This document shows, in pieces, positions 24,818 to 37,505 of a stretch of DNA of 64,000 nucleotides (its first letter is position 1; every line of letters begins with the position of its first letter). This DNA comes from Phaeosaccion multiseriatum (Eukaryota; Protista; Ochrophyta, other classes): positions 4,154,001 through 4,218,000 of the forward strand of contig OZ218951.1 of the NCBI GenBank assembly GCA_965112735.1. Reading direction: 5' to 3'. Position numbers and translations under genes: made by a program. The notes beneath the pieces were generated by a model. It worked only from the letters and a program-made list of their open reading frames with translations. It was not told the origin of the DNA and did not search any database.

Positions 24818-25676
24818 GGCGACCCAGACTGAGGTTAAATAAGCTTTTGCTTCCCTGCCCTCTCCTCTCCCAATTAGTTTTTAGTTGTTGTTTCTGAAAA
24901 GAGGCCTTGGGTTGGCTCCGTCACTCTTCCTTAGGCAAAGCATGCACGCACGCGCCCTCTCCTTCTTTCCCTCCTTCTCTTTATCGGCTCCATGCACGCC
25001 TAGTGGCCTAGGCCCCTACCAGGCTCCTAGGCCTAGTTTGGGACATTGTCCGGCCTAGAGAGGGCCGTAGACCCTTGGCCTACTTCTAGGCCACCACCTG
25101 GGCGGCATATATGGGCTTGCGAGGGAGGAGGGGGAGGAGGAGAAGGGGGGTGGGGAGAGGACGGAGAATCACGGCGGCGAGGCAGACGGGGTGGAAAGAT
25201 GTTCCTTGCCCGAACTTGCTCGTGCCTTTGCTCAACAAAAGCAGAGGACAGACAGCTGAGCTGAGCTGTGGGGGAAGCATTCATTAACAGTTGTAAACCT
25301 CACAAATCTTCAAAACAAAAGTAAAGGAAGGCGCTGACGTGAAGCCCTCCACCGTGAGGAGCAAGGTGGTGGTGATTTCCGATGTTCGACTCACTCAACT
25401 CACTCGACCAGCGTGGCACACAGACCCTGTCCCCTTGCAGTGCAGCCACACGCAGCCTGTGAAAATCGACTTTCACGCCCCCACACACCGCCGTACCTGC
25501 TTGCCGTGCTCGCTCGCTCTCCCTCTCTCTCTCTCTCTCTTCTCTATCATCTCACTCTTCTCTATCATCTCACTCTCTTTCCCTTTTCTCTGTACAACGT
25601 CTGAAGTTCCCGTCGCGAAAACCTCATTCCCGCTCCTCCGCTGTGGCCCAACCCTACCCCATGTCGTGTCCTCAGC

Positions 25677-25725
25677 AGCCAGCACCACAGCCAGCACCAC
25701 AGCCAGCACCACAGCCAGCACCACA
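25677..25725. repeat. 12-bp tandem repeat (GCCAGCACCACA), about 4 copies, just downstream of the PP4c stop
   Basis: Visible directly in the sequence. Confidence 0.85.
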
Positions 25726-25744
25726 GACGACCCCCCCCTCCCCC

Positions 25745-26904
25745 CTATAAGAAGTAGTTTGGCACGGGGTTCTTTTGAGGCACCCCTCGGGTATCCTGTG
25801 GCGCTGCATCGAAAATCTGCACCCCAGAGAGATAGATAGTCCAGAGGGGCACACACCGTCCAAAGACAAGGCGAGAGGACGAACGGGGGGGGGGGCGAGA
25901 AGGGAGGCACGGGAAGGGAAGGGAAGGAGGAGGGGGCGTTAAAACTACACGCCTTCGCAGTTCGCAGTCAGAGCGTCGCCGCCATCTTCTGTAACAGTAA
26001 GGCAAGTAAGTCACGGACAAGATACGCACATCATCTCCCCGACGGGCGCACCCAAATAGGGTTGGCCGTGTACACATACACCCACGTCAGGTTGGGTACA
26101 TACACGAAATGTTAACCACCCAATTAGGTCCACTTACCTTGAAGCTCTGCCCGAGGTGCTCGTCCAGCTCGAGTATGGCCGCGACGTTGCCGCAGCGGTA
26201 GCAGTAGTTGGGGGCGCTCCACACTGTCACGAGGCTGTTGCTGAACATCGAGCGGTGCCCCTCCATCACCAGCTGGTGCGCCCTGGCAATGAGCGTCAGG
26301 TCGTTCATCTATGGACAGATAAGACGGGGGAGGAGGGAGTGGGGGGGGGGGAGGGGGTGATTAAGCAACAAGCAGAGGGGGCATACGCCAGCCAATAGAA
26401 GGAGCATAGACAGGGGGGACGCAAGAACAGGGTCACTCTTCGCTCACAACGTGCTTCTTCGGAAGCATGCTCCCCTCCCCCCCCCCCACCCCTCTTTCTC
26501 TCTCCCTCCCTCCCCAACTCCCTCTGTCTGCCTCCCATCTACTCCTTCCGTCCTTTCACACGTGGGTAGGGGGCGAGGCAGAGCGAGACGAATCGGCACT
26601 CCCCCCTCTCCAACCCGATCGGATGGATGATGCGTGTGTCCCCCAGTTGCCTCCTTTCCTGAGTCCCACACCGTACCCTCCCCTAGCCTACCTCATTGAA
26701 CTTGTCAACAACGTCCCCGCCGAAGAGGTAGCCCGCCCCCCTGGGACTGAGGCCCCACCCGTCGATCTCCTCGGGGTCGGACCAGAGAAGGTCGCACATG
26801 GCACCGTCGTGTGGCACCTCTTGCTTGCGGTCAAGCACGCGGATCTGGCATGAGGGGGAGAGAGGGAGAGGGAGAGGGAGAGAGAAAGAGAAAGAAAGAA
26901 AGAG

Positions 26905-26972
<68 letters not shown>

Positions 26973-27829
26973 CAGAAGAGTGTGAGTGCGTGAGAAGAGT
27001 CAAGGCAAAGCAGATCTTCAGCCCACGGGCTTGCGGCTTGTGGCTGTATAACCAACTGCTGTGGCTGTGGTGCAGCGGCGGCTGCGCACCGGCGCATACA
27101 TTACCATTACCTGGTCCAGTGTGTTGATGGCCGGAGAGAGCCCCCCGTGCACGCACAAAACCTTGTGGTCAATGATGGCCACGAGAGAGAGGAAGTCGAA
27201 CATCTCCGTGCAGTAGCGCCACACGTTCACGCTGCCGTACTTGCGCAGGCACTCGTCGTAGAAGCCGTACACCTGTGTGATTTGGCGGGACTCATGATTG
27301 CCCCGAATGAGCGTTATTCTGTCCGGATAGCGCACTTTCAGGGCCAACAGCAGCAGAAACGTCTCCACGCTGTAGTAGCCTCGGTCCACAAAGTCTCCCA
27401 GGAACAGATAGTTCTTGTCCGGACAGTCACCCCCTACTTTGAAGAGCTCCACTAGGTCGTAAAACTGGCCGTGGATGTCACCGCAGATGGTCACTGGTGC
27501 GTCTACCCGCTGCACATTGCTCTCGTCAATGAGGATCTCTCTAGCCTTCTGACACAGCTGCTTTACCTGAGAGAGTAGTGTAGTAGTAGTGGGGGAGAAA
27601 GAAAGAGGAGGAGGAGGAGAAGAAGGAGGAGGAGAGAAAAGGAAAAGAAGGGTTTCTAGTCAGCCTTGCTCCTTAGCTCAGCTCGAGCCTTTCGCACATG
27701 GTTCTACCCATATATTTACCAGTCTCACCTTCCCTCCCTCCTTACCTCAGACTCCTTCAGGTACTCGCAGCGCTTCAGGCGCTCTATCTGCTCGTCCAGA
27801 TTGCTATTCGGTGACGACGACAGCGACAT
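25745..27829 (-). CDS. PPP4C: Serine/threonine protein phosphatase 4 catalytic subunit (PPP family)
   Basis: Exons 27829-27746, 27566-27111, 26844-26692, 26308-26138, 25816-25745. Motifs [35 protein letters not shown] and C-terminal [41 protein letters not shown] and [11 protein letters not shown] are PP4-type rather than PP2A or PP6. Confidence 0.93.
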
Positions 27830-28212
27830 AGCTGCTGCCTCTGCCTCTGCACCGAGACCTCGGCGGCCGGGCAGGCAGATCAACGGCGGACAGCGCCGCA
27901 GTTAGGAGTCGCCACAGCACAGCAGTCTTCCTCCTCTGTGAAGCCTGGCCTGTCCTTCTGCTGACGCCTGCCAAAGGATGGATACGAAGGCGGAGAGGAG
28001 GAAGAGATCAGAGGGGATGCCTCAAGGAGCAAGTTCAGAGGCAGAAGACCCACAAACAAAACCTGGCGCGACACCTGGCGCGACACGACCGGAATACAAA
28101 GCACTGATCATCCCTGTGGGCGGTCCGCGCAAGTTCGAATCGCTCTTTCGACGGAGACAACAAGTCTGAAGGCCAAAGAAGTGACACAAGCGTATCCTCT
28201 AGGCAAGAGAGA

Positions 28213-28243
28213 CAGACCTAGAGTCAGACCTAGAGTCAGACCT
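28213..28243. repeat. 12-bp tandem repeat (CAGACCTAGAGT), about 2.5 copies, in the PP4c/NAPE-PLD divergent spacer
   Basis: Visible directly in the sequence. Confidence 0.8.
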
Positions 28244-28701
28244 CGGGCGTCTATGGAGTGATATGGAAGAAGTCTTCCCCACCATTCCGCCCGTTCCCAA
28301 GGTGCCAAGAAATCGCACCTGCTCCTTTAAGCCCCCCCTGCCCACGAAAAGCCGTCGCACGATCCGCACCCCGGCCTAGTCCTCCAGAAGAGAGGGGAGG
28401 ATGAACACAGCGGTGTACAATACAGTGACCGGGAGAGAGCAATGGGTGGATTTTGTGCCTTACATCATCCCTTACGTATCCTTACGTAGTGCGAAAGACT
28501 CCTTTCAAGCGCTGCTCATCTCTTCATTAAAAGCACGGGCTTGGTGAGCACACAGTCAGTTTGGAGTTGCCTGGGAAGGGAGGGGGGCTGTGTGCCGCCC
28601 AGAGAACCCTACTCAACACAGAGGCGCCAGGGGAGGGAGGAGTAAAACGAGGTGGACGAAGGAGGAGAAAAGAAAGAGCAACATAGTTTGCCTTCCGCTG
28701 C

Positions 28702-31243
28702 ATGACACCGGTCAGTGGAAGTGTGTTGAAGGGCCTGCGCGGCCTTCTTCAGCACGTGGGGGTGGGCGTGAAGGATGTCTGCCTTACGGCGGTGGACCGC
28801 CAGCTAGAGAGAGGTAGCACGGCCTTGGCGAGGGCATCAACACGTAGCGGGCGCGTGTTGACCTCCTCCACGGCGGCTCCAGCTTCAGCTTCGGTGCCAG
28901 GAGCAGCAGCAGGGGTAGGGGTCATGGTTGGGTTGAAGCCAGTATCAGCAGCGGCAGCGGCAGCGGCAGCAGTTAGTGGCAAGGATGCCGCCTCTTCTGT
29001 CCCTACGCCGCAGCAACTGGAGATTGCCAAACCTATCGCCAGCGCAACAGAGAGGGATGCAAGCCTACCCCTGCCTCTGACGGCCAAGAACCTCATTGGT
29101 GTGACCGTGTACGACAACCCTTGGGCTCCGGGCGCGTGCATCAAGTCCTTTCGGGATATTTTTCGCATGGTGACTGACTCGGCGCGGCACATGAAGCCCA
29201 TCCCCACAAAAGACCAGGTGCTCTCCGAGCTCCCACCTGCAGACTACGAAGTCACGGTACAAGACATCCACAGCCACCTGCCTACAGACCCCATGCTAGT
29301 CACATGGATCGGGCACGCCACTTGCCTGGTGCAGGTGGGTGGACTCAACATCCTCACAGACCCCCTCTTCAGCGACCGATGCAGCGCCTCTCAGCACGTA
29401 GGACCCAAGCGGTTCACGCCCCCTGCTGTACGGATGGAGGACCTGCCCCGCATCGACCTTGTTGTGGTGTCGCACAGCCACTACGATCACCTCGACGTCA
29501 ACGTGAGTGTGTTCGTGCGTTGTGCATCCTTGTATGTGGGAGGATGAGGGGTTTGGTGCTTCTCTTGCCTCTACTACTGGGCCCCGCCGAATCACTGAAC
29601 TCTCAACCAGTCTTCCTCTCTTTCCCTCTCTTTCTCTCCCTCTCTCTCCATCTCTTTCGTACACACACGCACTCCCTCCCTCTCTTACTCTATCTCACTC
29701 CCTCACTCTCTGTGTCATGTGCTTGTTCCTTAGTCCGTCAAGGCCCTGAGTGGCGCGCACTCCCCACTGTGGCTTGTGCCCCTGGGCCTCAAGCAATTCA
29801 TGCTGCGCCAGGGAGTGGCCGCCTCTCTCTGCCTGGAGATGAATTGGTGGGATGAGCTGCACCTTAGACTGCCTTCGCACTCAGCATCGTCTCCAGGAGG
29901 CCGAGGGCGGGGGAAGGCAGCCGACGGAAAGGAGGAGAAAGCAGCTAGCGCAGAGGAAGGGAAGCCAGCCCCAGAAGGACTTGGTGTTGAAGAGGGTCTG
30001 CTGCGGGTGGCGTGCACGCCGGCGCAGCATTGGTCAAACCGCACGCCCTGGGATCGGAATGAGAGTCTGTGGTGTGGCTACGCTGTCTCGTCCTCGACGG
30101 AGAGGTAAGAGTGAGAGTGAGGGTCAGTAGGTTGGGCCTCATAGGGACTAATTGGGCTGCCCCGGCCCCGCCCCACCTTGAGGGTAACGTGGATGGTAAC
30201 ATGGATGGTGAAGTGTTCTCTCTCAGCTCTTGTCCACCACACCCCCTTCCCCTCCCCTCATTGCGGCTGTGTTGCGACACGACACACGAAAAGCTTCTTC
30301 TTTGCAGGCGACACGGCCTATTGCGGAGTGTTCCCCAAGATTGCCGAGCGGTACGGTCCGTTCGACCTTGGTGAGTGCAGAGGGAGAGGGGGGGGGGGGG
30401 CGGAGGATCGGGGATACTTGCATGGGCGGGCCAATGGACTCCTTGGACTCTTCGCACGCCGCTCAATCTATCCATCCCTCTCCTTTAAGCCGCTTCAATT
30501 GCTGAACAAGGCTGGCTTCCCTTCCCCTCTCCTCACATACCCGCCCCCCCCCCCTCCCCTCCACATCTCCCCCCCCCTCATGTACTCTTTTCCATATTGC
30601 CCGGTCGCACACTTGTCCCGTTTTTGTCCGTCCATCCACCAAACACACACGCACACACACTCACACACACACACTCTCTCTCTCTCACGCGCGCACACAT
30701 ACACATTCTCTCTGTCTTACGTTCACACTCAATCACACACACGCACACACACACGCACACGCACACCTACCCACACGTGTGTGCATATCAGCCGCCATTC
30801 CGATCGGAGCGTACGAGCCTCGCTGGTGCATGGCCTCGCAGCACTGCAGTCCCGACGAGGCCCTGCGCATTCACAGCGAGGTGCAGAGTCACCGCTCCTT
30901 CGGCATCCACTGGGGCACCTTCCGCCTGGCATTGGACGGGCACACCTGTCCTGCCAAGGAGCTGCTGGAGGCCAGAGCGGCGCGCAATGGGGGCAGGAGT
31001 AACATCAGCAGCAGCAGTAGTAGCAGCAGCAGTGGTGGTGGTGGTGGTGGTGCTGATGGCGGAAGCAGCAGTGGCGATGGTGCCACGACTGGTTTGGACT
31101 TTGCGGTGCTCAGGCATGGAGAGAGTCTTACGGCCAAGGGGGAGAGGAAGTACCACTGTGTGTTCGAGCGGGAGCATGCCGCTATTGCTGCCGCCGCCAG
31201 CGGTGGTAGTGGTGCTGGTCGGGCTTCGGTAGGTGCCGCCTAG
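28702..31243 (+). CDS. NAPE-PLD-like metallo-beta-lactamase-fold hydrolase
   Basis: Exons 28702-29502, 29734-30104, 30294-30370, 30792-31243. Motifs TWIGHAT, ILTDPLFS.R.S, SHSHYDHLD (HxHxDH), PAQHWS.R, FFAGDT.Y, IPIGAYEPRW, IHWGTF.L. Confidence 0.9.
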
Positions 31244-32047
31244 GTTTCAGTTTCGAGCAAGTCTAGCTGCTGCTTCTGCTGATGGTGGTGGTGGTGGCGC
31301 TTACCTTCGCTTTACTTGCCATCTCGTGATGAGATAGAGAAGTAACGTCTCACACGAGGGAGCGCAACGAGTTGGGGGTGGTCATCGCGAACTACTGGGA
31401 TTGGTATAACTCGGGAAGCAGCAGCAGCAGGAGCAGCAGCGGCAGGATGAGGAGGAGGAGGAGGCGGAGGAGGAGGAGGGAGGAAGGGCGCCCTTCAAGC
31501 AACGGTTTTCTTACATCTGACACTGACGCAAGTACGTCAGTGTGGGTTTACACTGAAGCCGCCCGGGTACGTCCTGGGCCTGTGGTCGGCGTGGAATAAA
31601 GTGAGAGCTCTGCTGCCCACCCTCTCTGCTTGGCTTGGCTTGGCTTGGCTTGGCTTGGCTTGGCTTCCCATCAACACATATCCATCTCTCTTCCAAAAGA
31701 AACGCCAAGAGGGAGGAAAGAAGGAAGGAAGCGATGCTATGCTTATATTGGAATCCACAGGACAAGGAGGGGGGGGGGGGGGGTTTCTCTCTTTACTCCA
31801 CATCGATCTTAATATACACAGATGTCCAGCGCTGGACACTGGATTTGCCTGATGGGAGGTTGGAAGTGGGTTGACAGAAGACATCCATCTCTCTCTCTCT
31901 CTGGAGCTGTTCCGTCTTCATCCCTTCTTGGCAGAAGTTTGAAGTTTCAAAGCAAGTGGAGGGAGGATGGCACTTGAAGGCCTTGCCTTTTCTCTCTCAT
32001 CCTCGCCCTGAGTCACTTTTTCCCTTTATCAATTAAACCCAAACAAA

Positions 32048-32963
32048 ATGGGGAGAGTCTCGGTGCTCGCTCTTGTACTTTCCCTTCTCCCCATTGGGGA
32101 TGCACTGCTCTTTCTCCCGCCTTCAGCGCGGGTGCAACTCTCGGGAAGAGCACCGGGAGTTGGCGAGGAGGCGCCCAGAGGACGAGCGGTAGCAGTAGCA
32201 AGAGTGGGACGGTCTTCTCGTTCGCAACTGGACATGTTCTCGGGCGACCACTCGGTCATCGCCGATGCAGTTTCCATTTTGCTTGCAGCAGAGCCGGGGG
32301 AGGTGCCTGGGCTTGGTGTGCCAGCGATGCCTCAAGTGTCGAACTTCACTCCCCCGGAGGATATAGACAACTTTCCGCAGATGGCAGCAGCCTCCTTGGC
32401 AGGGGTGCTGGTGTATCTGTATGCGGCCGTGGAGTTTGGAGGACGCATTGTGACACAAAAGAGGTGAGGTGGGAGAAGGGACGGCGTGAATGAACTGCTA
32501 CTGCTGCTGCTACAACTACTCATTCATGTACTCGGCCAAGAGGGAGAGAGCCTGAAATCATCATCATCATCATCATCCTTCTCCTCCTCCTCCTCCTCCT
32601 CCTCCTCCTCCTCCTCCTCCTCCTCCTCCTCCTTTTCTTATTCTTGGTCTTGTGCTGGCGGGACTCACTCGAAGGTGCAAGGTCTGCGAGGGTTCTGGAC
32701 TGGTGATGGAAAGCAAGACGGGCATTAAACTGACCCAGCCGAGGAAGTGCTATGCCTGCGGGGGATTCCTGCCGTGGATCAATTGGAAGTTCTTCTTTTT
32801 GAGCAATCTTGACATTGGCAACGGAGGCGTTCTGCGTCGCCCAGCAGCAGACTATGACGCACTCAACGAAGCAGCCAGACTGAAGAAGGAGGACGCAGCT
32901 CGTCGCGCCGGAGTTGGCACTGAGGGCGGGGGCAGCAGCGATGGCAGCATGAAGAACGTGTAG
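32048..32963 (+). CDS. Probable plastid-targeted single-TM zinc-ribbon (DnaJ-like CxxCxGxG) protein
   Basis: Exons 32048-32463 and 32675-32963 (AG|gtgagg ... cgaag|G). Signal peptide MGRVSVLALVLSLLPIGDA-LLF, then an R/S-rich transit segment, a TM-like AAASLAGVLVYLYAAV, then RCKVCEGSG..KCYACGGFLPWINWKFFF. Confidence 0.75.
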
Positions 32964-34347
32964 TGGGAAGAGCTCATGTGGAGCGGGGGGGGGGGGGGGG
33001 ATGGGTCCGCTCGCAACATGAAGGAGAAAGGTCGCAGGCGAGGCAGGCCAGGGAGTGAGAGGATGGGACATACTTTGAGATCTACCCTCCTCCTCCCTCT
33101 TCCACATGGGAGGCAGAGCACGTATGTATACCAAGTGCTCGGTCCCCAAAGACTGCGTGGTGCTGCTCGCCGTGCTGCCCACACGAATCCGAAGAGCGTT
33201 TCTTCGTCTGCTTGAGGTGCTGGAGGCGGCGCGAAGGCCCCTGGAGGAGGTACGGCCAGCCCTCCTCGTCCTACTGCTGCTGCTCCTACTGCAATTTGCG
33301 CTACCCCTTTGTTGGAGCCTACACGATGGTGGGAACATGCTGGGAACATGATGTGAACACAGCACCAAAGGCTATGGATCCTGCTTGGGTCATTGCCGAT
33401 CGCCTTCCTCGCACGTGCAAGGACAGCAGAGAGCCATCGTGTTGCGAGAAGAAGATCGATTTGGCTAGTTTGACTTGTCTCTTTTGTGCGCACAACCCGC
33501 AAGCAGAAGGAAATGTCCATCGCTGACGCTCTGCTGTGGCGCTGGAGTACCCACGTGGTCTAGTGTACGCTGGACTGCAGTGTGTGGCCCCTCTCTCTTC
33601 CCCTCTCAAGTGGAGGAGAGTCACGTTGTGGCGGCGCAGAAGGAGGTGGAGAGAGGGGCGGGCAAGGGTGAGCAGGCAATCGCCGTGCTACAGAAGAGAG
33701 GGGGGCGGCTGCCTATTTCTATACATCTGCAGCGGAAACTGAAAACTGAAGAGAGGGCTGGATCGCCTCTGTATCACCACCTCACTCAAAACCCGCACCT
33801 TCCCTTTAACCCTTTGCCGCAGAAACCCCCCGTGCAAAGCGAAACTAGCAACTTAGAATAAGAAGGGGAAGGCACCCCTTTCTTTCTCTTTGCGTGATTG
33901 CAGCTTATCTGCTCAAGGAAAGGTGCCCCCTCTTCCCCTTCTAGTTGATTAGCTAAAATTTTAAAATATGAAACTCAGCCGCAAGGCCCCCACAAAATGT
34001 GTTCCCAGAGACCGAGTTTTTCGATGAAAGCAAAACCTCCTTTTGCCTCTCCGCCTCCAGCACAGCGCAAACAGCAGGACCTCATGCACGCACGCACGCA
34101 CGCACGCATGGAAAACGCCACAATGCGGGGGGAAACGCGACAATCCTCGGCCTCAACTCCCATGTTGCAGTCTTCTCGACCCCGCCGTTACTCTTCCCCC
34201 TCCTCGGCAAGGCCAGACAAGTTGTTACGTAGACACGTAAGAGGGAGGTAAGCATGCAGGCAAGGCAGGCATGCAAGGCCGGCTGCCATGCCCCTTCACG
34301 CGCTCCTATTCGCAATCCCGATAGCGTTGTAGCCCGTACTTGTTTCC

Positions 34348-37300
34348 TTACTGGTAGCCGCCCCTGCCAACCTCGGCCAAGGTCACGACCTTCCACCTTA
34401 GCTCGTGCTCCTCGGCGTTGAACTCGCGCACCATATCGGTCTGGTAAACGACGGCGCAGATGTGGTCCTCTCCGCCTTCGACGACGGTGCCCTCCTTGTC
34501 GCGAATGCAATTGATCTCCTGAGTCGTGAATTGTATCGATATCTGTAGAGGTAGGAGGGAGGGGGGGTAATGGGAGGGTAGCAGTAGTAGTAATAGGAGG
34601 AGGAGAGGAGCAGGAGAAGGAGGGGGGGGGGGTGACCCCGGGGAGTGGGGAGGCCAAAAGGCAAAGCCGCGGGGGGAAGGGCAGGGGGGGCATGGATGGT
34701 TGAGCACATTTGGTATTGCGTTCAGCACATTGGGTATTGCAACGCCTCCGCCCCTCTTTCGGCACCCTTCGTTGCAGCACAAGACCGCAACAACCCTTGT
34801 GTGGGCCGGGCCTCCCTCCTTCCCATCGCTTTCTTGGAAGCCAAACAGCAGCGCACTCACTCCCTTCCTCCCTCTCTCCTTCTCTCCCTCCCTTCCTCCC
34901 CCTCTCTATCCCCCATTCACTCCTCCCTTCTTCCTTCCCTCCCTCCCTCCCTCCTTCCCTCCCTCCCTCCCTCCCTCCCTCCCTCCCTCCCTCCCTCTCT
35001 CTCTCTCTCCCCCACTCACCGTGGGAGAGTCTTTATCAGGCCCTGTTTTAAAAGCGACACTTTCAACATGGTCCACGTCGAGGATGTTAGGGTCCCGAAA
35101 CTTGCCCTCCTGCGCCATTTGTTGGAACCTCTTCTTGATGATATCGAAGATGCTCTCCCCCATGAAGGGTTGGACCTTACCCAGGTCGCCTTTGCAGAGA
35201 CAGACAAGACAAGGACAAGATGAGATATAAGAGGTGTTGCAGGAGCAAGCAAGCATTGGTCATACAGTCCACAGATCAGGAAGAGGGGGCTCTCCATTCC
35301 TCTCTCCATTCTCTCTCTCCCTCCCGGCTGTGCGACGAGTCTTACATCAACTCCACGCAAGGCCCTCACCCCCACTCCATCCGCTACTATCCCTCCTTCC
35401 ATCTACCCGCACTCGCTACTCGGCCTTGTACTGTACGTCCCCTCCCCATCCCCCTCCTCCCCGCCCTCCCCCCCCACCAACCCCTCCTCCTCCTCCTCCT
35501 CCTCCTCCTTCTCCTCCTCCTCCTCCTCCTCCTCCTCCTCCTCCTCCTCCTCCTCCTCCTCCTCCTCCTCCTCCTCCTCCCACTCCTCACCTCGAGCCAA
35601 GTCAGTCATGAAGCCCGGCAGAAAGTTCTCCTGCAGGTCCTCTTTCCACGCGTGAATGTCGAAGCCTGGATCCAGCCTCCTCAACTGCCGTAATGTCGTA
35701 CCCTCATCCGACTCCCTCATGGCCTTATCGAGTGCCGAGCTCGCCTCGTACACGGTCGGGTGCTGACTCGTCTGCCAAAACTCTCGCGCGTCCTCCACCT
35801 TCTCCCCCGCCGTGGCCTTCATCTTGGACGCCATACGCCCCGGTGGAGTCTGAGCCACCCCCCTCCCCACATTCGCAATGTCTTGCCCCACTTGCGACGC
35901 TGCAATCTGCGCGCGCACCTTGGCCAGTCTCTCGGCAGCGGACTGATACATCATCAACGCTTGCGACTTGGGGTTTCCGTGCTCGTCATAATCATCATCG
36001 CTGTCGTAGTCACTGTCCTCCTCCTCCTTCTCCTCCTCCCCCCCCCCCTCCGCCGCCGCCCCCATCGCCTTCTTCTCCTTCTTCTTCTTGGGTGTCCTGG
36101 GTCTCGGTAGCTTCTTCACCACGGCCCTCAGCTCGGCAGGCACCTCCTCCACCGCTGCCCCCCTCTTTGTCGTATTGCTGCTCTTCCCGTCTCCCCCTCC
36201 TCCTTTGTCTCCCTCCTGTCCCTTCGTACCCTCCCCCTCCTCTGCCTCCGCCTCCCTCTCCCTCCTGCTGCTGCCGCGCCCCCCTAACATATCCATCACT
36301 ATATCTCCCAACCCCTTCCTGGCCGAGGACACTGCCGCAGCCGCTCGCCCAAACATGCTGTTGCCCTCCACGCCATCCTTGGCCTGCTTCAGACGCTCTT
36401 TGCTCGACTTGACGAAGTCGCTCTCCTGGGCCTCTCCCATCTTGTCTCTCCCTGCCTGCCGGGCCTCCTCCAAGGTCTCCTTACCTGCCTTAACGAAGTC
36501 GTTCTCGTTGGCAGCGTCTCGGAGGCTGTCCGTGTACTTACCTGGAGAGAGAGAGCACAACCCACATAGGAAGAAGCGAGCAAATCCCAACAACGGACGG
36601 AGGAGGAGGAGGAGGAGGAGGAGGAGGAGGGAGGGAGGGAGGGAAGGGCGGAGTTCAGCGCCGGGTGGTCTGGGCGTCTCTCTGACCGGCCATAACAACT
36701 GAATAGCTCTCTCTCTCTCTCCTTCTCTGTCTTACTCCCTCTCCCTCGTTCCTCTTTCATTGGCACATGACTTACCAGCCTTGTCCTTCGCCTGGCTGAG
36801 TTTCTCCCCCGCCTCCTTCGCCTGGCCTTTGATACCACCGACTCTGTCTTCCATCTTGCTCCGCACCTTCTTCAGAGTCTCGTCCATCTTGGACAAACTG
36901 TCCGCTACAGAGGTCTCCTTGCCGATGGACTCAGACACCTTTCTCCGAAGAGCCTCGAGATCGAGCCCCTCTCCACTTTCATCCGCCGGCCCCTCGCCTT
37001 GCTGCTTCTTTCCCTTTCCCTCCCCCTCTCCCTCCTTGCCGCTGTGACCCCCACCTCCTGACTCCGCTCCGCTTCCACCGCTAGAAGACGACATGTGCCG
37101 CATCCGCACAACTGCTACTGCCCCCTTCCCCTGCAACTCGAGGTACCTTGGCGGACGCATCGTCATGCCACTCGGCAAACTCGAAAGTCTTGGCCTACTG
37201 GCATGATCTTGCTCTCTGAATCCTAACGCTGCTACTCCGTCTCTCCCGCCGCTTGGGACTCCGTCCACGTTCCCGCCCTTCTCATCCACTCTATTCCTTC

Positions 37301-37505
37301 CTTCGCACCTCTCACTGCAGCAGAAGGCATGAAAGTTCGGCTGCCTCTGCTGCTGCTGCTGCTCTTGCCGCTGCCTCCGAGAAGCCTTTCCCGCGAGCGA
37401 GGCCACCCCTCTGCCCCGCCCTTGAGAGCAGCAGCCATGCCGCGCTGACGCTGCCGCTGCGGTCCCGCTCGGAAGCTTGGACAGTAGCAAAGCCGCTCGC
37501 AGCAT
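34348..37505 (-). CDS. TIM44: Mitochondrial import inner membrane translocase subunit TIM44
   Basis: Exons 37505-36776, 36541-35591, 35189-35020, 34542-34348. Presequence MLRAALLLSKL. Motifs EDAREFWQTSQHP.VY, LRRLDPGFDI, DPNILDV, IQFTTQEINCIRDKEGTVVEG..D.I, LRWKV. Confidence 0.9.
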
